From Gemmatimonadota bacterium (GTDB lineage: Bacteria; Latescibacterota; UBA2968; UBA8231): a DNA stretch of 64,000 nucleotides. Numbering within the stretch: position 1 is the stretch's first letter; the number at the start of each line of letters is the position of its first letter. This document shows, piece after piece, positions 9,444 through 18,780 of the stretch. A model generated the notes under the pieces. That model was not told the origin of the DNA, did no database searches, and saw only the letters and a program-made list of their open reading frames with translations. The stretch covers positions 46,977 through 110,976 of the forward strand of contig JABJJN010000008.1 in the NCBI GenBank assembly GCA_018660835.1. Reading direction: 5' to 3'. Made by a program: the position numbers and the translations under genes.

Positions 9444-10213
9444 CCGCTCCCCTGCTAGATATCAACACGTGGGTCGGTGCATGGCCATTCAGGCAACTGC
9501 GTGATGCCTCCGTCACAGGCCTGCTCAAGCGGATGGACAAGCACGGGATTGAGCGTGCCGTCGTCGGCTCTTTGACGGGTATTCTCTATCGCAATGCACA
9601 CCCGGCGAACGAAGAATTGTCACGGCAGGTGCGTCGTCATCTGGATCGACTCGTGCCCTTTGCCCTCGTGAATCCCTGCGATCCGAGTTGGCAAGTCGAC
9701 CTGCAGCGATGCGCCGATGATCTCGGCTTGGTCGGCGCCCGTCTTGTGCCGCAGTATCACGAGTACCGTCTCACCGATCCGGCTGTACTCGACGTGATCG
9801 ATGCCATCGCCGAACGTGGCTGGTGTATCCAGGTTCCGCAGCGAATAGAGGATCGCCGCTCGCGGCATCCCTGGGACCAGGCGCGCGATCTGGCGCCCGT
9901 CGAATTCGAAGAAGCGCTGGTCGCCCGACCTAAGGTGGGCTGGATGTTTCTGAACACACTCGGGCTGGATGGATCCCGTCTGCCCGAGAAAGCCCGATAT
10001 GTTGTCGACATATCACGGATGGCCAGCGTCCTGCAGCGCAATATGCAGGCCTTCCTTGATAGCGCCGGCCAGGATCGATTAGCCTTCGGTACGGGGATGG
10101 CCTGGAGTATGCCGGAACCGGCGCTGCTAAAGCTGGATCTGCTGGACCGTCCAAAGAAAATCAGGGACGGGATTGCCTGGCGTAATGCGGCCAAGCTCCT
10201 CAAGCTGCCGTGA
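9440..10213 (+). CDS. amidohydrolase-related protein lacking the N-terminal HxH motif
   Basis: ATGA overlap with the upstream amidohydrolase and similar length. The equivalent N-terminal segment reads LLDINTWVG instead of DxHxH. Confidence 0.65.
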   Translation: MTAPLLDINTWVGAWPFRQLRDASVTGLLKRMDKHGIERAVVGSLTGILYRNAHPANEELSRQVRRHLDRLVPFALVNPCDPSWQVDLQRCADDLGLVGARLVPQYHEYRLTDPAVLDVIDAIAERGWCIQVPQRIEDRRSRHPWDQARDLAPVEFEEALVARPKVGWMFLNTLGLDGSRLPEKARYVVDISRMASVLQRNMQAFLDSAGQDRLAFGTGMAWSMPEPALLKLDLLDRPKKIRDGIAWRNAAKLLKLP

Positions 10214-10249
10214 TCAAGACACCTGATCGAAACAAGAAGGGGTGAGTTT

Positions 10250-11002
10250 TTGACATTCGATGACCAATCGAAGCAGGACTTTGACCGCGACGGCTTCGTC
10301 ATACTCCGTGATTATCTCAACCCTGAGGAAGCGACCGATGTAGATGCCAATGTCGAACGCTTCATTCAGGAGATCCTGCCAGGTGCACCAGACACGACCG
10401 CGTTCTATGAAGACCCGAATGATCCGACGTCCATCATGCGGCTGCAGAACATGCTCGACCACGATCCGTGGTTCCACGATCTGTTCTACAGCGAACGGAT
10501 CGCCGGCCTCGCGCGTCATCTGCTGGGTGACGAAGTGGTCGGCAAGAATCTGCAGTGGTTTAACAAACCTGCTGGTGTCGGCGGCCCGACGCCGGCCCAT
10601 CAGGATGGCTTCTACTTCATGCTGGACCCGAACATCGCCATCACTCTATGGCTTGCCCTCGATCACATCGACGAAGGCAATGGCTGCGTCCGATATGTAC
10701 GCGGCACCCATCTCGATGGCATGCGACCCCATCAGCGATCCAATGTGATCGGCTTCTCGCAAGGGATCACCGACTATGGTGAGGCTGATACGGCCAGAGA
10801 AGAGCCGATTCACGCCAAACCAGGTGATCTGTTTGCCCATCATTCGATGACGATGCATCGTGCGGATCCGAATCCGTCGACGCGAAGACGGGCGGCACTT
10901 GGTTTTGTCTTCTTTGCAGCGACCGCAAAGGAAGACGCAGATCGCGCCGAAGCATATCGACAGACTCTCTACGAACAATGGGAAAAGGAGGGAAGACTAT
11001 GA
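10250..11002 (+). CDS. phytanoyl-CoA dioxygenase (PhyH) family Fe(II)/2OG oxygenase
   Basis: FDRDGFVILRDYL; iron ligands HQDGFY...H (PAHQDG, HHSMTMHRADPN). Confidence 0.85.
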   Translation: MTFDDQSKQDFDRDGFVILRDYLNPEEATDVDANVERFIQEILPGAPDTTAFYEDPNDPTSIMRLQNMLDHDPWFHDLFYSERIAGLARHLLGDEVVGKNLQWFNKPAGVGGPTPAHQDGFYFMLDPNIAITLWLALDHIDEGNGCVRYVRGTHLDGMRPHQRSNVIGFSQGITDYGEADTAREEPIHAKPGDLFAHHSMTMHRADPNPSTRRRAALGFVFFAATAKEDADRAEAYRQTLYEQWEKEGRL

Positions 11003-11682
11003 GTCTATCCTATAGTATTCAGAGGGCCTCGAGCCCGCTTGGCACACCAGATCTTACGAATGATGCCCGCTGGGCAAATGCCAGCGATGCACAGGTTACG
11101 CATTTCTCCTGGGAGGACTCGGGTCATCGACCCGATGCGCGCACTCGCTTGCTCTACGATGACAATTGGCTCGCCGTTCGCGTCACTGTGCAGGACCAAT
11201 ATGTGCGTGCTGTGGCTGAGAAGTTCAATGATTCGGTCTGCAGCGACAGTTGTGTCGAATTTTTTGTCGCCCCGAATGCGGACCCGGCGCAGAGCGCCTA
11301 CTTCAATTTCGAAGTGAATTGCGGCGGCACGATGCTGCTACACGCATGTCCTTCCCCGGCACAGCGAAATGCGGGAGCAGACATCGTCTACGTGAGCGAG
11401 GAAGATGGTTCAACGATTCAGATGGCTGCGACCCTACCGAAAATTGTTGAGCCGGAACTGACAGATCCAACATCATGGGCTGTGGAATACCACATACCGT
11501 GGGCACTGTTTGAGAAGTATTTCGACGTGGAGCGACCGCAAGCAGGTCAGACTTGGCGAGGAAATTTCTACAAATGTGGTGATCGAACTTCACATCCACA
11601 TTGGGGGTCGTGGTCACCCGTCAACACACCGAGCCCGAGTTTTCATCAGCCCGATTCCTACCAACCTCTGCGCTTCGCCTAA
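10999..11682 (+). CDS. CBM9-like (CBM9_2/DOMON-like) protein, no signal peptide
   Basis: GGAGG before the ATG at 10999. Motifs DSCVEFFVAP, YFNFEVNCGG, NFYKCGDRTSHPHWGSWSP. Confidence 0.75.
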   Translation: MSLSYSIQRASSPLGTPDLTNDARWANASDAQVTHFSWEDSGHRPDARTRLLYDDNWLAVRVTVQDQYVRAVAEKFNDSVCSDSCVEFFVAPNADPAQSAYFNFEVNCGGTMLLHACPSPAQRNAGADIVYVSEEDGSTIQMAATLPKIVEPELTDPTSWAVEYHIPWALFEKYFDVERPQAGQTWRGNFYKCGDRTSHPHWGSWSPVNTPSPSFHQPDSYQPLRFA

Positions 11683-11689
11683 GAGAGTC

Positions 11690-12373
11690 ATGGAATACAC
11701 GATACGCCGCGCCAAACGGCCACTCGGCCACCCCAGCACAGACTGGAGCGGTCCCCTGTGGGGCGATGTAGAGCCACTGCAAATCGCGGATTATCGATTT
11801 GACGACTCCGGTCATCATCCTCACACACAGGTTCGCATCGCCTACGATGATGACTTTCTCGCCGCGATCTTCCGCGTTGAAGACCAATATGTACGAGCTG
11901 TCGCGAAGGAATTTGGCGATCCGGTCAGTGCCGATAGCTGCGTCGAATTCTTCCTGTCCCCCTATGCCATGGGACAGACAGATGCCTACTTCAACTTCGA
12001 GCTCAACTGTGGTGGCAAGCTGCTGCTGCGACGTTGCTCGTCCACGACGGAACGGCAGTGGGAGCGCCCCAGTCCGTTGTTGGCCCGAGAAGACGGTGCG
12101 CTGGTTCGAATTGCCCACACCATGCCACCGCGCGTGGAGCCGGAGATCACCGTTCCAACGACGTGGCTTGTAGAGTTTCACGCCCCCTTCGATCTCTTCA
12201 GCCGCTACTTCGTTGACTTGCCTCGACCGGAACCGGGTGTTGAGTGGAAGGGCAATTTCTACAAGTGCGCCGCCGCGACATCCCATCCCCATTGGGGCAC
12301 CTGGGCACCACTTGAGATGGAAAAGGCCAGTTTCCACGCACCACAGTTCTTCCAGCCTCTGACTTTTTCCTGA
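11690..12373 (+). CDS. CBM9-like (CBM9_2/DOMON-like) protein, tandem paralog
   Basis: Roughly half of the residues are identical to the upstream gene by eye (DSCVEFFLSP, YFNFELNCGG, NFYKCAAATSHPHWGTWAP). I chose the start at MEYTIRR. Confidence 0.75.
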   Translation: MEYTIRRAKRPLGHPSTDWSGPLWGDVEPLQIADYRFDDSGHHPHTQVRIAYDDDFLAAIFRVEDQYVRAVAKEFGDPVSADSCVEFFLSPYAMGQTDAYFNFELNCGGKLLLRRCSSTTERQWERPSPLLAREDGALVRIAHTMPPRVEPEITVPTTWLVEFHAPFDLFSRYFVDLPRPEPGVEWKGNFYKCAAATSHPHWGTWAPLEMEKASFHAPQFFQPLTFS

Positions 12374-12393
12374 ATCGGCCCCGGACAGGCTCC

Positions 12394-13611
12394 TCAGTCG
12401 ACCCACTCGCCCTGGGTCATCAGTGGTTCCTGCGCACCATCGGCACGCAGACCAAACACATCCATCTCACTGCCGCCGATCATGAAGTCGACGTGGGTCA
12501 GACTGTCATTGACACCGTGTGTGAGTAGGGCCTCAGCAGTCATCTCATCGGCGCCACGAACACATTCATCATACGCCTTGCCGAGGGCGACGTGACTTGC
12601 AGCATTTTCGTCGAAGAGAGTGTTGTAAAACAACAGTCCCGTGGCAGCGATGGGTGAGGATGCCGGCACGAGGGCAACCTCCCCCAACCGCGAGGCCCCC
12701 TCGTCCGTATCGATCAAGCCCTGCAATACGTCTTGGCCTGCCGCCGCCTTGATCTCGACGACCCGGCCCCCGGCAAAGCGCAGATGGAATTCCTCGATCA
12801 GATTGCCCGCATAGTTGAGGGGCTTCGATGCAGCCACGGTACCCTCAACGCGTTGGCGATGAGGGGTCGTGAAGACCTCTTCTGTTGGCACATTGGGCGT
12901 GAAAGTGATACCCGACTCTGTCGTTGATTGGCCGCCAATCCACTTGTGCCCATCGATGAGTCCAACCTTCAGATCGGTACCAGGTCCAACAAAACGCAGA
13001 CCGTCGTAGGCAGCATCCGTCAATTGCGCTGCCCGCCCAGCCAATTGCTGCAGGTGTGTTGTCCACGCCGCGACGGGGTCGGCTTCTTCAAGACGACAGG
13101 CGCGCCCGATCGCCTGCCACAGGTCCTCGATGGGGTCGTCGACGTCGGGGAAGATGCGTCGCGCCCACGAATCGATCGGTACTGACAGGACACACCAGTT
13201 CACCTTGTGACCGGTGATGTAGCTGAGATACGGCCGTGAATGCTCCGCCTGGGTCCGCTGAACCGTCGTGACAAGGGCTGGATCTTCATCCTTCAGTAGT
13301 GCTGGGTCGGTGCCTCGAAGGCTCAGGAAGGCGTCTCCCCTCCTGGCTGCGGCAAGCATTGCCTCTGCCCGCCACGTCGGGAATTCGGCGAAGGAATCGC
13401 GTGGCGCATGGTGAAATCGAGCCAACGTGAGATCGTCGTCGGTCCAATTGACCTCAACGAGGATCGCACCTCGTTCATACGCTGCTGCCGCCACGACGCG
13501 TACCAGATCGGCGGCGACAATGGGCGCTGTGAGAAACAGGCGTTGGCCAGCCTGAAGATTGAGTCCCACACTCAGTGCCAGGTCGGCATATGCACGGTAT
13601 CGGTCCTGCAT
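12394..13611 (-). CDS. aminopeptidase, M29 (AmpS/PepS) family
   Basis: YADLALSVGLNLQAGQRLFLTAPI..., then HVALG and VDFMIGG motifs. I chose the start at MQDRYRAY. Confidence 0.85.
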   Translation of the reverse strand: MQDRYRAYADLALSVGLNLQAGQRLFLTAPIVAADLVRVVAAAAYERGAILVEVNWTDDDLTLARFHHAPRDSFAEFPTWRAEAMLAAARRGDAFLSLRGTDPALLKDEDPALVTTVQRTQAEHSRPYLSYITGHKVNWCVLSVPIDSWARRIFPDVDDPIEDLWQAIGRACRLEEADPVAAWTTHLQQLAGRAAQLTDAAYDGLRFVGPGTDLKVGLIDGHKWIGGQSTTESGITFTPNVPTEEVFTTPHRQRVEGTVAASKPLNYAGNLIEEFHLRFAGGRVVEIKAAAGQDVLQGLIDTDEGASRLGEVALVPASSPIAATGLLFYNTLFDENAASHVALGKAYDECVRGADEMTAEALLTHGVNDSLTHVDFMIGGSEMDVFGLRADGAQEPLMTQGEWVD

Positions 13612-13628
13612 TCTGCTGCATCCTTCCT

Positions 13629-14573
13629 TCAGTTGTCTATCCATAGCAGCTGCCCGTCGGCACAGCTGAATTGTTCGCGTAGCCATTGCAGACGCTCACC
13701 CTCCAGTGGTGAGCGGAGAATGGCATCAGTACTGGATCGCAGGTGATCGGGACGCCCTGTACCGACGAGAACCACATCAATCGCCGGTTGCGCAGCAGCA
13801 AATTGAAAGGCGAGGTCGGCGACAGTCGTCGTCTCATCCAGCAATTCTTCAAAAGCAGCAGACGTCGCGCCGCCGTGGCGTGCAAGTGCCTGATGCAGTG
13901 AGTCGAGGTCGGTGAAGGCTGCTCGTGCAGCAGACATACAGAACACGCCCACATCCTGCTGTTGCGTGGCGGTAAAGGTCGCCCCCTCTGCCACCTGGTC
14001 CAGAATGCTGTATTGGACCATCAGTGTTTCGAAGTGTCCACTGCTGACAGCAGCCTGTGCCATCTGTTGCTGATGGTCGACACTGGGATCCTCCGTAATA
14101 CCTATGTGCCCAATCTTGCCCTGTTGCTGCAGTTGCCGCGCTGCCGGCAGCAACTGATCGATCACCGTGTCGAGATGGGCGGGCCGGACGGCATGAAACT
14201 GGAATATCTCGATGTACTCGCGACGCAGATCGGTGAGACTCTGTTCCACTTCAGCGATCAGACGCTTCGCACCCATCGATGTCGTGGGTGCCTCATCCTT
14301 GGGGCCGCGAAAACAGTCCACCTTGGTGGCGACCATCATGTCGCCTGCATTGAGTCGCTGCAAAGCTCGACCGATCGCCGGTTCCGTGCCATAAGCGCGC
14401 GCTGTATCGATGTGATTGATACCAAGGTCTCGGGCACAACCGATGAGAGACTCCACATCCTCATCACCGGCGCCACGCAGGGTCCCTAGCCTCGACGGGC
14501 CACCGGCGCCTAAACCGACGCGGGATAGACACAGACCCGTGCGACCAAATCTGTGGTAGGTCATTGCATTCAT
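13629..14573 (-). CDS. aldo/keto reductase
   Basis: YHRFGRTGLCLSRVGLGAG, then INHIDTARAYG. Confidence 0.85.
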   Translation of the reverse strand: MNAMTYHRFGRTGLCLSRVGLGAGGPSRLGTLRGAGDEDVESLIGCARDLGINHIDTARAYGTEPAIGRALQRLNAGDMMVATKVDCFRGPKDEAPTTSMGAKRLIAEVEQSLTDLRREYIEIFQFHAVRPAHLDTVIDQLLPAARQLQQQGKIGHIGITEDPSVDHQQQMAQAAVSSGHFETLMVQYSILDQVAEGATFTATQQQDVGVFCMSAARAAFTDLDSLHQALARHGGATSAAFEELLDETTTVADLAFQFAAAQPAIDVVLVGTGRPDHLRSSTDAILRSPLEGERLQWLREQFSCADGQLLWIDN

Positions 14574-14669
14574 AGAGATCTATTCCACTTAGAATATTGT
14601 GAGCGTAGGCGACGCAACGGTCCGGTTGCCTGCCCCCTTGACGAGCACGGCAGATGCGGGCAAGATGAC

Positions 14670-15557
14670 ATGATGAATCGTCGCAGCCATCTCACCGGAC
14701 TTGCCGTGACCACGGCTGGTGTCATCCTCATCAGTCCCGATAGCCTGTTGATCAGATTGTCGCTGACCGATGTCTGGACTCTCAGCGTCTGGCGTGGACT
14801 CGGTCTCGCGGTCGTGCTGTTCGCTGTACAGCTGATTCGCCACCGATTACGCACCTTCGAGATCTTCCACGACCTCGGACTGCGGGGCGTCGCTGCTGCG
14901 GGGCTGTCAGGCGTGGGCACGGTTCTATTTGTCGCAGCCGTGCAATACACCAGTGTCGCCAATGTCCTGATTCTCATTGGTGCGTGCCCACTGATTGCTG
15001 CTCTGTTGTCACGCGTCTTTCTACACGAAGAAATACCGCGTCGCACGTGGCTCGCCATTGGCGCCACCTTGGCGGGTGTTGGCCTCGCCGTGGGTGGTGG
15101 ACTCGAAGGGCCTCGATGGGGAGATCTGTATGCCGCGGGTGCATCGACGTGCATGGCGGCGTATCTGACGACGATTCGGGGTGCGGGCAACAAGGACATG
15201 ACCCCCTGTATCTGCCTCAGCGGTGTCGTGGTGGTTTGTGCCACCTTGCCGATGGCGAATCCTTGGGCAGTACCTGCTTCTGGGGCGTGGTATCTGGCCC
15301 TGCTGTGCATCGTCGTCATCCCCCTTTCCTTCTCATTGATCACCATCGGCCCTCGCTATCTCCCCGCCCATGAAGTGAGTCTGATCGGGGCACTGGAGAC
15401 CTTTCTAGGACCCCTGTGGGTCTGGCTTGTGTTGGACGAGAACCCCGGGGTCTTCGCCATCGTGGGCGGTCTGGTCGTCATCTGTGCCCTCGCCCTGCAT
15501 TCGGTCATGGGGCAAGTGATCGCCGGCGGATCCAATCGCGACGATTCGGCCAGCTGA
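14670..15557 (+). CDS. EamA/DMT-family transporter
   Basis: About 10 TM segments with two EamA-like halves. I chose the start at MMNRRSH. Confidence 0.75.
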   Translation: MMNRRSHLTGLAVTTAGVILISPDSLLIRLSLTDVWTLSVWRGLGLAVVLFAVQLIRHRLRTFEIFHDLGLRGVAAAGLSGVGTVLFVAAVQYTSVANVLILIGACPLIAALLSRVFLHEEIPRRTWLAIGATLAGVGLAVGGGLEGPRWGDLYAAGASTCMAAYLTTIRGAGNKDMTPCICLSGVVVVCATLPMANPWAVPASGAWYLALLCIVVIPLSFSLITIGPRYLPAHEVSLIGALETFLGPLWVWLVLDENPGVFAIVGGLVVICALALHSVMGQVIAGGSNRDDSAS

Positions 15558-15564
15558 CACCGGC

Positions 15565-16551
15565 CTAATCCCACTCCAACAAGACGCCCAGCGCCTCTCC
15601 AGGTCGATTCCACAGCAGGTCAAAGGCTTCCGCAGACTCGCTGTAATGAAAGCGATGCGTCGTCATCTGCTCGGCCTGCACCTGCCCGGACGCCAGCAGT
15701 TGCATGCCACGGCGATAGGAAGACAGACCGATGGACTGGCCATAGTAACCGCCGAGGATCCGCCGGCGCTGGACCTTGCTGGATGGTAGAGACAGCGGCT
15801 CGTCCTCATACAGGCCAATCAGATGCAGCGTACCGTCGACGCCCAGCATGTCCAGTCCCTGTTCGAAGGCACGTGGACCCGCGGGACCTCCCACGGCGTA
15901 GACGACAAGGTGAGCACCGACCCCATTGGTCAGCTTGCGAACGGCCGCCACGGGATCTTCCTCGGCGGCATTGATCACACGATCCGCGCCCATATTGGCG
16001 GCCATCTCACAGCGACTGTCCAGGGCGTCTACGGCGATGACATAGCCGTTGCCATTCGCCTTCATCGTCTGCAACATCAGTGACCCCACCAGCCCCTGCC
16101 CCAGAATGACAACGGTGTCCGTCGGGCCGATTTCCTCGGCCTCCACCCAGGCAACAGATCCCGAAGTCAGTGGATAGTAGGGGGCCGCCTCCCAGTTGAC
16201 GTCATCCGGCAGAGCGACAACCCAGGCCATCCCATGCGGTCCATCGACGGTCGCCTTGCGCACGCTGTATTCTGCATGTGGCGACAGGGAGACGACGCGA
16301 TCGCCTATCTCATAGTGCGTGACCCCCTCGCCGAGTGCATCGATCGTACCTGCCATCGAATAACCCATGATATCCGGTGAAACGGCGTGATCGCGCGTGT
16401 AGCGGGCGCCCATCTCCGAGCCACGACTGATCAGGGAGCGCACGGCTCGTATCCTGACCTCCCCGGCGGCTGGTTCGGGCATCGGCGCATCTTCGACGAC
16501 GAGATTGTATTTTCCCTCTGGCTTGGCTAGTCTTTTCATCTGTCTCCTCAC
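15565..16551 (-). CDS. zinc-type alcohol dehydrogenase (MDR superfamily)
   Basis: GSEMG...GYSMAG (GroES-like part), then Rossmann VILGQGLVG. The start may be the ATG at 16539. Confidence 0.8.
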   Translation of the reverse strand: MRRQMKRLAKPEGKYNLVVEDAPMPEPAAGEVRIRAVRSLISRGSEMGARYTRDHAVSPDIMGYSMAGTIDALGEGVTHYEIGDRVVSLSPHAEYSVRKATVDGPHGMAWVVALPDDVNWEAAPYYPLTSGSVAWVEAEEIGPTDTVVILGQGLVGSLMLQTMKANGNGYVIAVDALDSRCEMAANMGADRVINAAEEDPVAAVRKLTNGVGAHLVVYAVGGPAGPRAFEQGLDMLGVDGTLHLIGLYEDEPLSLPSSKVQRRRILGGYYGQSIGLSSYRRGMQLLASGQVQAEQMTTHRFHYSESAEAFDLLWNRPGEALGVLLEWD

Positions 16552-16605
16552 GATCTGTCATCACGCTGGCCGTGATCACAACTTTGAATTACAAGGAACG
16601 CCTCT

Positions 16606-17439
16606 ATGCATGACACGCTGACTGCTGAACTGATCGACCACTACCGCACCCAGGGATTCGTCGTGATCGACAACTTTCTCGACGCGGACGAACTGGCAAC
16701 GTGGCGCCAGGCCGTGGATGACGCAGTGGAACAGCGCCAGGACCGCAAGCTGGCCCACGGCGACAGCCGCGAAGGAGACAGCTACTACGACAAGGTCTTT
16801 ACGCAGAGACTCAACCTGTGGATGGACCACGATGGTGTGCGACAGTTGATGCTCGATCCTCGTCTCGGACAGATGGCAGCGACCCTTGAAGGCGTAGATG
16901 GTATCCGCATCTGGCATGACCAGGCCTTGATCAAGCAGCCGTGGGCAAATCCCACAGGATGGCACCTGGACAATCCCTACTGGTCATTCTCTTCTCGACA
17001 CGCCATCAGTATCTGGGTCGCCCTCGATGACGCGACCCCCGACAATGGCTGTCTGTATTTCATCCCGGGATCGCACCAGGAAGCAAATTGGGACAACTCT
17101 CCCATCGGTCAGAACATGGGCGAGTTATTTGAACTCTATCCACAATGGGCCACGCGGGCCAGCTTCGCCGCCCCCATGCGGGCAGGTTCGGCCTCTTTTC
17201 ACAATGGTCTGACAGCGCACGGTGCGGGCGCCAATATGACCGCAGGCCTGCGTCGGGCCATGACCTGTGCCTACATGCCCGATGGGGAAGTCTTCAATGG
17301 CCAGGCCAATGTCCTGCCCCCGGAATACATTGCCACCCTCAAAGAGGGCGATGTGCTGGAAAAAGACGAACTGAATCCACTGCTCTACCACGTGAGCAAG
17401 GACTGCCCTGCTGTAGGAGATCGAACCGATCAAGCCTGA
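16606..17439 (+). CDS. phytanoyl-CoA dioxygenase (PhyH) family oxygenase
   Basis: YRTQGFVVIDNFL; WHLDNPYW; FHNGLTAHGAGAN. Confidence 0.85.
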   Translation: MHDTLTAELIDHYRTQGFVVIDNFLDADELATWRQAVDDAVEQRQDRKLAHGDSREGDSYYDKVFTQRLNLWMDHDGVRQLMLDPRLGQMAATLEGVDGIRIWHDQALIKQPWANPTGWHLDNPYWSFSSRHAISIWVALDDATPDNGCLYFIPGSHQEANWDNSPIGQNMGELFELYPQWATRASFAAPMRAGSASFHNGLTAHGAGANMTAGLRRAMTCAYMPDGEVFNGQANVLPPEYIATLKEGDVLEKDELNPLLYHVSKDCPAVGDRTDQA

Positions 17440-17500
17440 GATGTAGCATGCTCAGATATGTCGGTTGGCAACAGTCGGGTGCGATCCGCAGAGACACGGA

Positions 17501-18619
17501 TCAGATCCCCTCGAGGAAGACGACGAACATCTTTCCACCTACGGCATTGCCTTCCACTGGCCGCCAGGGCTTGCCAACGATATCCAGTTTGCCATTGCCG
17601 GTGATGTCGCCGACGACGATCTCATGTCCGCCAAGATTTTCGTCAAGGATGACATGCTCCTGCCATTGGCCGCCCTTGCCATCGACATTCTCCCATAGAT
17701 ACCAACGCGGTGGGCCGTCGCCACCGACAGCCTCCATCTCGGCGGAGAAGATGTCGAGGTCACCATCGCCGTCTGCATCCAACACCTGCAGCGAGTGGTA
17801 GGCGCCACGACGCGGTCCTTCTGACTGGGGCAGATCATGTCGGGTCCATGTTCGACCCTCGCCATCGGCATTCTCCATCCACCAGATCTTCCCACCGGGA
17901 ATTTCCGCGTCTGTGAAGACAATGTCGTTTCTGCCATTCTGATTCATGTCGCACACGACGGCTTTCGTCGCATCGAAGGCGAAGGGTGGTTGAAAATCCT
18001 CTGGCGGCGGCGTGCTGGGGCCGATGGGAATCTGTTCCCACTCTGAGCCATCGCCCTTCACATTCCGATACCAGACATTCGTCCGCACCACATCGAGGTG
18101 GCCATCGCCGTCCATATCTCCCAGGGCGAGGCCCGCATGTACCGGATCACCGATGCGGGTCGATGCGGGCCAGGGCTGTGTCGGATCGTCGCCGATCCGA
18201 TACCAGCGCACATCGTTGCGATCGGACATGGTCACCACCTCGACACGGCCATCGCCGTCGATATCACCGATGGCCACGTCGTGAACACCCGCAAGATCAG
18301 CATCGAAGACAAAGCGCTCGAAGGGAACGGAGAAGTCCCCGCTATTGCGATACCAGGCGCCACCGGTGACGACGTCTAAACGACCATCGCCATCGACATC
18401 GACGATCGCTGCCCCTACGTCAGAGGGTGAGTCACTTCCCAGCAGATAACAGGTCCAATGATCGGGAGCGCGGTATTTGTAGACGTAGAGTTCTCCCTCA
18501 CGGCGGCCGACGATGAACTCGGGTCGCCCGCAACCGTCTAGATCGGCGAGCGCCGTCTGCGCATAGCCACCTCCCTGCAGACCCGTATCGATGACGTGGT
18601 GCTTGTAAGTGAGACTCAT
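17501..18619 (-). CDS. FG-GAP/VCBS repeat beta-propeller protein, no signal peptide
   Basis: Repeated DxDGDGxxD motifs (DVDGDGRLDV, DIDGDGRVEV, DMDGDGHLDV, DADGDGDLDI). The N-terminus MSLTYKHHVID is not hydrophobic. Confidence 0.85.
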   Translation of the reverse strand: MSLTYKHHVIDTGLQGGGYAQTALADLDGCGRPEFIVGRREGELYVYKYRAPDHWTCYLLGSDSPSDVGAAIVDVDGDGRLDVVTGGAWYRNSGDFSVPFERFVFDADLAGVHDVAIGDIDGDGRVEVVTMSDRNDVRWYRIGDDPTQPWPASTRIGDPVHAGLALGDMDGDGHLDVVRTNVWYRNVKGDGSEWEQIPIGPSTPPPEDFQPPFAFDATKAVVCDMNQNGRNDIVFTDAEIPGGKIWWMENADGEGRTWTRHDLPQSEGPRRGAYHSLQVLDADGDGDLDIFSAEMEAVGGDGPPRWYLWENVDGKGGQWQEHVILDENLGGHEIVVGDITGNGKLDIVGKPWRPVEGNAVGGKMFVVFLEGI

Positions 18620-18780
18620 TCCTCTTCCTTCGCCTCGGTTTCTCTGGCGTGCTCCAACAGGGAGCGCAACATGTCACCAATGTCCCGGGCACCGCCAAAT
18701 ACGACGACAACTTCCACGAGAAAGAACAAGACCACGGAGAGACCGAAGATCCATGTCCAGAATGTCTGTAGGCCCGTCAT
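18616..18780 (-). CDS. 54-aa single-TM protein with acidic tail (hypothetical transporter accessory subunit)
   Basis: MTGLQTFWTWIFGLSVVLFFLVEVVVVFGG...ETEAKEEE. It has ATGA overlaps at both ends, with the SSF stop and with the FG-GAP start. Confidence 0.5.
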   Translation of the reverse strand: MTGLQTFWTWIFGLSVVLFFLVEVVVVFGGARDIGDMLRSLLEHARETEAKEEE

